This document shows positions 13,456-23,002 of a DNA stretch of 64,000 nucleotides, piece by piece; within the stretch, counting starts at the first letter, position 1; each line of letters opens with the position of its first letter. Location: contig NW_003314367.1 in the NCBI RefSeq assembly GCF_000143415.4, positions 62,001 through 126,000 on the forward strand. The letters run 5' to 3'. The translations under genes and the position numbers were made by a program. A model generated the notes under the pieces. That model saw only the letters and a list, made by a program, of their open reading frames with translations, was not told the DNA's origin and ran no database searches. The DNA is from Selaginella moellendorffii. Taxonomy: Eukaryota > Plantae > Lycopodiophyta.

Positions 13456-16297
13456 TCAGACTGTTATTTTTTGCCTCCAACGCCTATACAATAATCTTGG
13501 AATTTCATCACTCTCCACACTATCAGGATTTAAACCCAATAGTAATGCCATCTCTTCTCTAATATGTCCACGCTCATGTTCAGTGGTTGAAGAACCCATC
13601 CGGTTGAGCAGATTATGGAGATGCGGATAGTGCTTGGCTAGACAATATACATGCCATAAATGATGACTGGTGTCTGTCCGATCAAATGGCTTCTGATATA
13701 CCGTTCCATCTGCCATTTGGTTGATTTCTGCAGCCACCTCCTGGACTGGCCGGTTCTCTATCACCATCGCTCCAAGCCGTTTTGCCAAGGTCCCCCAGAA
13801 CATACGGTCCTTCTTCGACGTGCCACTAGTGCGCTTTTCAGTCCTCGTGTCTGAATATTCATAACGATCTATAATTAAAATGGCGTGAGGCCTCACGTGA
13901 CCTTACCTGGTGCAGGTTGTGAGCTCGGCCCAACATGGGTATCTTCAACAGTAGCTGTTAACGCCGTTTCAGCATCTGGAGGTGGCCACGCTCCTGCATA
14001 TAGAGCTTGTGAGATAACATTTAAACTTAAAGTGCGTACTCACCAGGTTCGCAGAGAAAATACTGTTTTTCTTTGGCAACTGTAATTATATGCTCCATTG
14101 AAGTCACCTCTTCAATGGAGTTTGTCACCGCAACACACGGGACACCCTTGAGTAGTGCGGCTCGAAAGAATAGTCCGCCGCAGTTGTACTCGACAACGCA
14201 TTTGCCCTTGGAGTCGGAAGCAGGTGACCCACCCGCTATTGCGTTAAAGACCCAGCTGAGCATTTCCCATGCTGCACCTGGAGCTTTCTCTGGATTCGAA
14301 AGCTCCATAGCCGTCTTCAGTTCCTCAGGCACGGGTAAATTGACCTCCCTCAGATCAATTCGATCGGCCTTGTCGAACGAAGCTGGGAAGTCACTCCAGT
14401 CCCACTCTGCTGCAGGACCAATAACAAGGGCGAGTGTGAAGATGCGGACATTCGTCGATATCTTCTTCTTAGCCATTATCCCATGGATCTCCCGCATCTC
14501 CTTGCCTTTCAACCGAGCCTTCACCTCATTCAAGGCCTTCCAGAACTTGTGATAGGATTCGGAGTCGTAGATCATATAGTGGACTAAAGATTCCACCTCC
14601 GCAAGTCCCACCATTAAGTCAATGATGGAGCTGACTTCGTCTGCATGAGTGATCTCCTCGTTTGTGAAGTCCATCACACAAAAGATGTTCTTGACCTGCT
14701 CATCTCCGCGGGAAATGATGCTCCTCCACCTTTGATCCTCATCCGAATTCACGTATACCCGGTAAGGTTCTCAATAGGCCTCTGTTGCGAGGTCGACCTG
14801 TTTCTGAAGCCGGCGGTCGACATCCCTCTTAATGAAATTTGGATACTGATCCAACTTCTCAGCTTTACTTTTCATGGCATCCCGCAGCAAATCGATGAAC
14901 TTGGGGGCCCCCTTCACGTACTCGTCGATGTCTTCATTTGACTACTTCAGCTCTTCCATCATCTCTTGCGTGGTGTCGATGCTCACCCTCTCCATGGCCA
15001 CTTGCTCAAAGATCCAATCCTTCAATAGCGCACGAGCTCTTAGAGTCGTGCACAAGTCCTCGTATGTCACAATATGGCCGGGAGTCATTTTGGTCTTGTT
15101 GAAGACTACCTCACCACGTAGAAGAGCATTAGCCACTGTCAGAAGGTCGTCGTCGTCTAGAGACTGCGAGAAACACAAGGCGTTGAGCTTCAAATCATTG
15201 GGCTTCCGGCTGTCCTCCACACCCATTGAGTTTAGCAACTCCCCGTCATGATACCTCCTCAACACATCTACCCATTTGTCAAAAACAACTTTTGTCGCGA
15301 GTAGAATGTTATGGATGCTGAGTGTGTCATTGACCCCCAGTGTTTTCGAGAGAAGACTCGAGAATTCCTGCAATGGAAATGGCGTGAGGCCACATGCTAT
15401 GCCACATGCAACGAGGCTTACCTACCACGCGCTAGTTGCTAGTGCACGTCCTTGTCCTGGTTTTTGTGGCTTTGGTGGGTGTAGTGTTCGAACCCGAGGC
15501 AATGGCATCACCGAGTAGCTTCTTTTTTGGAGCAGGAGAGTCGGACGTCGGCTTGAGCTTGACCACCCTTTTCTGCTTCGGGGTAGTTTTCAGATCGACC
15601 CCCTTCCCCTTCGCTTCGCGAACTGGAGTCACTCTCAACGGCTCAATGTTGGAATATAGTTTTTGAACATCGCCGTAGGTGAGGTCTGTGGATTCCATGT
15701 GATCTTCATAGACCCGCAGCATCTTTGAAATTGTGAGCCTCCTGGACAACCTCTCCCTAGCTCCCTCTAGGAATTCCTCATAGCCGCTGCCCCCCTCCGG
15801 GAAGCCGCTAGGATGTGCAAGGTGGATCTTGAAGGCGGACGTTGTCTCTACCACAAGTGCCAGTCCATATTCTTGCATGGAACTGCATGGAGTGTCTGTC
15901 ACTTGGATGAGGATCCCCATGCATTCTTTTCTCCCACCATCTGTGTTGTACAGCCTCAGATCCTCACCTTCCATCCTGAAAGTCCAACTGGTGAGCTCCT
16001 CCCCCTTCTCTGCATCCACATTGATAGTTGCTGGAAGAAGAACACAATTCCTCGCTTGTTCAGAAATGCACAACAATTAGAGCTGACAGATGAAAAGCTA
16101 GCAGCTGGAAATAACGTGAGGCCACACGCCATTCACTATTGCATCAGATGTCTTGAGGCTGCATCCTAAGATGGCGTGAGGCTACACGCCATCTGTAACC
16201 GGACTGCACTCGAGAGCCCAATCGGTGCATGCCAATGTTGCTACTGAATGGCATGTGGCCTCATGCCATTTTCTACTTGGCCTAAAAGACTTACCAT
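13456..16297 (-). pseudogene. Transposon accessory gene (ORF2), multi-exon, roughly 800 codons, with premature stops; unknown function, possible degenerate amino-methyltransferase-like segment
   Basis: ORFs 15432-16076, 14942-15373, 14027-14752 and 13456-13896 are linked by GT-AG introns (~15368-15421, ~13995-14043, ~13851-13906, 16105-16294). In-frame TAG/TGA stops are of the C>T type. The 5' structure is uncertain. Confidence 0.7.
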
Positions 16298-16504
16298 TTG
16301 AAGCCGAATGGAGGCGTGACAATCGAGGCCGGACTCGCTGGCGAATGTGCACTGTGTGTGCAGCGGATCGTAGCAGCAAGGCTACTCTGCCACTTACAGT
16401 TGGAGAGTGGCGCTGAAATCTTCCGGGACGCCAAGTGGGCTGCGTGTGGGTGGCGGAGTGGGCGGCGGAGTTGGCGGCGAAGTTACAAACTGGGTGTGTC
16501 TTGA

Positions 16505-16680
16505 AGTGGACGCCGATGCACACGAGCGCGATGCGAGCGCGAGTGTGATGCAAGCGCGAGTGGACGCCGATGCACACGAGAAACCTGTAGAGAAGGTAGA
16601 TGAGCGCGAATGTGAGCGTGATCGCGAGTGGGAGCGCGATGCGAGCGCGAGTGTGATGCGAGCGCGAGCGCGAGTACTCA
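16505..16680. repeat. CpG-rich low-complexity repeat (gagcgcgatgcgagcgcgagtgtgatgc units) upstream of ORF2
   Basis: Repeated units are visible and generate spurious RARA/ERER ORFs. Confidence 0.75.
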
Positions 16681-17390
16681 GCAAAATGCAAAACCTAACC
16701 TCACACGCGCGAAATGTCACTAATCCCGCAACGTCATCATTCCTCGGACTTGGGCGCCACCATTAATTTCTGGATCGCCGCGCGCATGCATGCACGTGAA
16801 ATCCAAAAGAAATCCGCAACGTCATCATTCCTCGGACTGCATGCACGCGAAATCCAAAAGAAAGATCATGATTGGGATATCATTTAATACCCTCGCTATA
16901 TTTATACCATGCATGATTGGATATTCCAAAGCATCTTGTATTTCCAAAAATGGCAGATGTTCAGCTAAATAAAGAAATTCTATCTGTTTCTATTTTTCTC
17001 TCAAATCAATATTATAGCGTGTGGGCTCATGCAATTTTGAACCAAAGAAACCCAAAAAACGTTGGACCCAAAATATTTTGAAAAAACCTAAAAAACCCTA
17101 AACATTTTAAACCCAAAAATCCAGGCGTCCTGTGGCGTTATTCTTTGAATGGCGTGTGGGCGCATGCCATTTTCAGGGCCAAATGCTGAATGGAGAAAAA
17201 TTCCCTTTCAGTGCAAATGCTGCAAGAGGCAGATGCCGAGCACAAAGGACTGTAACTACCTCACATGACACAGATAAACTTTTCTCTATTTGGCAAAGAT
17301 AAACTTTATAGCGTGTGGGCTCATGCAATTTTGAACCCAAAAAATGCACCAAAAAATTCTCGGCGTCATCTGGCATTATCTCTTGAATGG

Positions 17391-18269
17391 NNNNNNNNNN
17401 NNNNNNNNNNNNNNNNNNNNNNNNNNNNNNNNNNNNNNNNNNNNNNNNNNNNNNNNNNNNNNNNNNNNNNNNNNNNNNNNNNNNNNNNNNNNNNNNNNNN
17501 NNNNNNNNNNNNNNNNNNNNNNNNNNNNNNNNNNNNNNNNNNNNNNNNNNNNNNNNNNNNNNNNNNNNNNNNNNNNNNNNNNNNNNNNNNNNNNNNNNNN
17601 NNNNNNNNNNNNNNNNNNNNNNNNNNNNNNNNNNNNNNNNNNNNNNNNNNNNNNNNNNNNNNNNNNNNNNNNNNNNNNNNNNNNNNNNNNNNNNNNNNNN
17701 NNNNNNNNNNNNNNNNNNNNNNNNNNNNNNNNNNNNNNNNNNNNNNNNNNNNNNNNNNNNNNNNNNNNNNNNNNNNNNNNNNNNNNNNNNNNNNNNNNNN
17801 NNNNNNNNNNNNNNNNNNNNNNNNNNNNNNNNNNNNNNNNNNNNNNNNNNNNNNNNNNNNNNNNNNNNNNNNNNNNNNNNNNNNNNNNNNNNNNNNNNNN
17901 NNNNNNNNNNNNNNNNNNNNNNNNNNNNNNNNNNNNNNNNNNNNNNNNNNNNNNNNNNNNNNNNNNNNNNNNNNNNNNNNNNNNNNNNNNNNNNNNNNNN
18001 NNNNNNNNNNNNNNNNNNNNNNNNNNNNNNNNNNNNNNNNNNNNNNNNNNNNNNNNNNNNNNNNNNNNNNNNNNNNNNNNNNNNNNNNNNNNNNNNNNNN
18101 NNNNNNNNNNNNNNNNNNNNNNNNNNNNNNNNNNNNNNNNNNNNNNNNNNNNNNNNNNNNNNNNNNNNNNNNNNNNNNNNNNNNNNNNNNNNNNNNNNNN
18201 NNNNNNNNNNNNNNNNNNNNNNNNNNNNNNNNNNNNNNNNNNNNNNNNNNNNNNNNNNNNNNNNNNNNN
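17391..18269. other. Assembly gap (N run)
   Basis: N characters. Both flanks carry the same repeat unit (catgcaattttgaaccc...gaatggcgtgtgg), suggesting a collapsed tandem array. Confidence 0.99.
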
Positions 18270-18729
18270 AACCCAAAAATGCACCATGCAATTTTGAACC
18301 TAGAAATGCACCAAAAAATGCTGGACTAGCATTATTCTTTGAATGGCGTGTGGCCTTATATTGCCATAAATGGACGCTCACACACAGCATAATTATTCCT
18401 TTACACGGCGAATAATCTTGGCGCGGATCGCTGACATGGCATGGCAAAGTTCGAATCACTGACATGGCACAGCTGGATCGAGGCAAGGACATGATGTGAC
18501 AAAGTTCAACGTTTGACAGCAAAGTCTAGAAGCTACTCAGTTTGAAATTTGTCAAAGGAATCATAAGATCTGGTTTGTCAGAGGATTTGATGTGACGTTC
18601 AAGCGTGTGTTATTTTTGAATTCTCGAACTCATTCCTAGGTCTATCATTTTTGTGCGCCGTGTTCTTGGTTCCGCTGAGCGCAGTGAGCGCTGCTTGTGT
18701 AAGCGGCGTTGTGAGCTGTGGTTTATGCG

Positions 18730-18865
18730 TCTACGAGCGGTTGTGGCATTGCAAGCGCCATTGCGAGCGGCAGTTTATGTGAGTGGCAGTTTGTGCGAGC
18801 GGCGCTACGAGCAGTTGCGGTGTTGCGAGCGGCGCTACGAGTAGTTGCGGTGTTGCGAGCGGCAC
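18730..18865 (+). repeat. 27-bp tandem repeat (gcgagcggcgctacgagyagttgcggtgtt-like) in the transposase leader
   Basis: About 3 near-perfect units at 18795-18863 plus degenerate units upstream. Confidence 0.8.
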
Positions 18866-19229
18866 TGTCTTTGGTGTGGCTACTGCTTCCTTTTGATATT
18901 TGGCACTTGTGCTTCCTGGTATGTTCACCATGGAATGGCTTAGGACCACATTTAGAAATGGCATGAGGCCACATGCCATCTTGGGCCCTTGCAATTTCAT
19001 GGCTAGCGTATTGTCATGTATGTTTTTACTTGCCTGCAGCTGTGTGTTTATCAAGATGGCATGAGGCCTCATGCCAATTTTGTGAATGCGAAATTTCACG
19101 TGGGTGTCAATAGCATGTTTGAATAATGGCATGTGGCCTCATGCTATTGAGGTTGTTTGGTATGTTATGATTTAGGCCATTCTCCAATCATTTTTTGTAT
19201 GGTCTTAACTTCTTTTCTGCACTTTCAGA

Positions 19230-20910
19230 ATGGCCTCCGCAAGTGCGACGCATGTTCCCTCCGTGGATCTTAAGAACCGTGCTACATGGATTCAGGCAAA
19301 GGTGTTTCTAAACAACCCCGAGGGGGAGGTGGTAGCTGAGGGCTTAGCCACAGTTTTCGATCCAAGAGATGCGGTTGCTAATCAAGAATTGGGCTAGGAT
19401 AATATTGGAGTTGCGATTTTAGAGGTTGTTGACACAGAAGAAAATAGTCTGACTATTGGAAGCATTGTGTGGTGGAAATTGAGGCACTTAGTGTTTGAGA
19501 ATGTGAAGGATTCACAATCAAACACCACTACAACTGATGACAGAACATCTCTTCATGGGAAAAGAAAGTACACCTTCCTAAAGCGCAGCCAAAGGGATCT
19601 GAGCAACGAACCGAAAAGGCAGAAAATGGCGATGGAAGTTTGAATGGTCTTGACAGTTGCTTGTTGCAAGAGGAGGTGTTGTCAACATGCTGATTGGGAT
19701 GCTATTGAAGAGGAGAGAGCAAGATACAAGACATTGTCCTGGAAGGCAGCTCGCAATTTTGTGTATGAGGCATTACGGTCATCTGTTGATGCTTCAGAAC
19801 ATCAGGTGGGGGGCATGGTCTTCCAGAGGGGTTTGGTCTGCATGAAGGCATGGAGAATCATTTATGGAGTCCCTCGAACCACATTCTACAGAATCAAAAC
19901 TGAGTTCGAGGAACAAAGGGTTCAACAGGCAGTCCATGGGAACGACGGTACTCACAAAACCAGGGGTCATGTTGTATATGGAGAGGCAATCTTCAAGAGG
20001 TTTGTCGAGACATGTAGCGAGCAGCAACCACATAAAACCCACCTCTTGGAAGATGGAACTCAAAACACCCAACGAGTTCTCCCTTCCATGTATACCAAGG
20101 GGGCCATATTGGAAGATGTGAATCGGGAACTCCAGAGTAATGGCTACAGGAAGCTGAGCCAATCTAGATTTAGTAGATTGTGGAGCAACAGGTTCAGGGA
20201 TGTGAGTATAGGAAAGTACTCCAGCTTTTCAAAGTGTGACGAGTGCACTGCTATCAAAATGGCTTTGTCGAAGAATTCTTGCATCGCTCAAGAGCGAGAG
20301 ACGTTGGTTAGAAGGCGGCTCGACCACAACATCGAGCAGAGAAGCTGCAGGACTGCATATTATCATAACAGGATTCTCTCCATGGAGAGACCTGACTCTT
20401 ACCTCTACATCATCCACGACAAAATGGACCAGAAAAAGACGTGCTTACCTCAACTCAATCCTGCCCCCAAGGCAATCTCTTCATCCATGCAGCTGCCTGT
20501 GTCTCTATTTGGCATAATCGCTCATGGGCATGGTGCCCAGAACTATGGGAACTTCTTTGTACCTCTATGGGGTGGCGGGGGTGCAAACATGATGATTGCG
20601 TCCCTAGCAAAACACTTAAGGTCTCTGCAAAGTGCGCAGACTGAGCTGAACGGCCAACCCTTGCATAAGGCCCTTGTCGATCGAACCCCATACAGGGTTC
20701 AGCTGGAGGAGGAGCAAAGGCTTGCAGTATCGTGTGGGGCCCCATGCCATCCCAGTGAATATGTTGGCCATTAGATTGTAGGGTTAGGAATGACGTTCAT
20801 CTTGGAAAGCTCACCACACGCTCAATGAACAAACAAATAGTGTGTGCGCGCATGCCATCGCTCTTCTTTAGCTTCAGATTCAGCTTGTTCACCTTGACAA
20901 TGAGATTTAT
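19230..20910 (+). pseudogene. DDE transposase, Sola-like (DUF7869-type motifs), C-terminally truncated
   Basis: ATG at 19230 follows the acceptor tttcag and is in frame with ORF 19644-20774 across two stops. Motifs: CCxxxC, VCxxAWxxIYG, FxxLWxxxF, KCDEC, HxxxQxxxRxxY, IIHDKMDQxKTxLP, GAN. A possible LDN remnant lies at ~20893. The usual downstream GHTH-type motif is absent. Confidence 0.75.
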
Positions 20911-21057
20911 TATACAACCAGATGGACTCAGTCTGGACACAAAGTCACCGCGCTAGTCACCATGCCCCAGATATGTCTAGCTCCTGGACAAAAAACATAT
21001 AATTTCACATCATTTTCAAATACTTGAAAATTTGTACCTAGTCCCATTTTACTGAAT

Positions 21058-21084
21058 AAATCCCTCTTTAACGAAATAGAGCTT
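21058..21084 (-). repeat. Right terminal inverted repeat AAGCTCTATTTCGTTAAAGAGGGATTT
   Basis: Pairs with 13014-13040 and is followed by the TSD CCAA. Confidence 0.9.
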
Positions 21085-21412
21085 CCAAGTGTCCAAAAAG
21101 ATGGCTTTAAATGAAGTTGATAGTTAAAGACTTTTACACTTATGCATGAAACCATATTATACTGGTTAGGTGATTTGCTAAGCAAGATTAGCAAGTCAGG
21201 AGAATAAAGACCCTGGTTGAAGGTGTTGACTTCAAAAGGGGGTAGCCAATGGGGCCAAGCATGGAGGAGTCTATGCATGATCATAGACTTATCAAGTGAG
21301 AGGATTTGGTAGTTCAGAGAAACTGAGTTTTTAAGTTATAATCTATAGTGCACTTTAGGTATAATTTGGTGCATCAATGCGGGCAGTCACACTAGGCATC
21401 CTGAGTGATGTT

Positions 21413-22988
21413 TGTGAGATATAAATCCCTAAGCCCCAAAATGGAGCCGAAAGGGCACCACGTGGTAGTGGCTGAAGTGGAAGCCAAACGAGTGTAATAT
21501 ATTTGGACTAAAAGCTCTAACTTGGATAGTTATAAGTGGGAGTGGAACTCCTAACGAAGTGCTTGAGAAATGAGCACGAAACAAGTAGTAAGTGAGTCTT
21601 TAAAAAAGGAACACAAGAGGATAACCACATGACACGTGGAAGTGTCAAGATGAACCCATGATGGACCCAAGATAGAGTCCAAGAAGGACTCCGAAATGGA
21701 CCTGAGGCAGAGTCTGAGATGGACCCAAGAAGGAGTTCAAGATGGACCTGAAATAGAGCCTGAGATGGAGTCGAAGATGGAACCAAGACCAAGAATGAGA
21801 CTGAGACTGAGACTGAAACCAAGACCGAGATAAAGTCTGAGTCCAAGATTGAATCCGAGTCCAAGACTGAGTTTGAGTCCGAGACCAAGTCCGAGTCCAA
21901 GAGAGAGTCTGAGACCAAGTCCAAGTCCAAGTTTGAGTCCGAGTCCAATGCCAAGTCCAAATACTAGTACAGACAATTGGGTGAAAGCCCAAAGCAATCA
22001 TCCCCATAGGGGGGAGGGGGGCTGTAGGGGGTTCCAAAAGTATAGTAGGGAGAGTGTGGGAATTGGACTCTAATGGAACTAGTTTGGCCAGGAAATGCCA
22101 ATGTGACGCATGAAAGCTATACTCACGTGTTGGGTGATGATATAACCACTGAGGAGTCCAAGGCTAAAGTGAATATAAATAAATAAGCGGGGTAGCTTAA
22201 TGAAGTGTTCAAAAGTCAACTCTAGCTCCCTTGGGAGATCAAATGGACAATGCTTCTAATCCAAGTGTGAACGGCACTACTGACTTGGATACCTGGTGTG
22301 GCTCATCAAAACCTCACTCTAGCCCTATGGCTAAGGCACTCAAAGGTGGAAGGTTTGGAGAGTACCCACGAGGTTTGTGTAGAGCCATGGTGTTTCGAAA
22401 TGTTGTCCCAAATTCCTAAACTAAGAAAAGGAGGAGAAACAATCCTCTTATGTGATGACTAAGGATGCAGTCATATAAAAAGGAAGTCCTAGAGGTTGGT
22501 GGGACATAGTGGTCAGGCCTTTGAGCCCTGACTCAATGGTAATGTTGGCAAACACGGCTATGGATGGAAAGTGATTTGGTGGGGACTGAAAAAGGGATAT
22601 TAAGGAAGGTTATTCCCCATGTCTATAGATATTATAAGGATGCTAAGGAGTGGATCTAGGATGATCACTCCTAGACGGATAGCCTAGTCTTTGAGAGATA
22701 GGGCCATGATATAAGTGGTGTTGGACCATAAAAGTGGCAAAAGTGAATAGGCATGGCTTTAGCATAATGTGTTGATATGTTTGTGGTACGTTTGGGTGTT
22801 GGTCAAAGGATCAGACACATAAAGGACTTGGACCAAGTCCAAAAGTTGAGTGGTATAGGTGTTATTCTTAGGGTTAACAAGTCCCTAAGTTTGGAATAGG
22901 ACTTATAAAGGTGATGAGTGAGACTCTTCTAAGTGGTCGGAGGTGTGGTTAAATGACTAAAGTAGAACAAAAAAATTATTCATTTATA
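21413..22988 (+). mobile_element. 5' LTR of family A, followed by a tRNA-Met PBS
   Basis: Starts tgtgagat and aligns end to end with the solo LTR 8213-9790 (reverse). PBS TGGTATCAGAG at 22992-23002. Confidence 0.88.
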
Positions 22989-23002
22989 ATTTGGTATCAG
23001 AG

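Larger units (their letters stand above)
13110..20858. repeat. Dispersed 22-bp palindrome ATGGCRTGWGGCCWCAYGCCAT, about 15 copies
   Basis: Copies start at ~13110, 13400, 13880, 15379, 16111, 16171, 16248, 17014, 17149, 17308, 18343, 18958, 19056, 19126 and 20837. All are inside the TIR element and non-exonic. Confidence 0.9.
13014..21084 (+). mobile_element. TIR DNA transposon, Sola-like, ~8 kb, with two divergent genes; defective
   Basis: 27-bp TIRs (25/27 identical) and a 4-bp TSD CCAA (13010-13013, 21085-21088). The joined flanks align colinearly with an uninterrupted homologue at 25081-25166 (- strand). It contains a DDE-like transposase ORF. Confidence 0.88.

Noticed and set aside
17173-18522. 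Long ORFs of 300-450 aa in the ORF track
   Set aside because: Artefacts of translating through the N gap.
13110-20858. CRISPR-like interpretation of the palindromic repeats
   Set aside because: Spacing is irregular (tens of bp to more than 1.5 kb), the intervening DNA is exons or promoter, there are no cas genes, and the context is eukaryotic.
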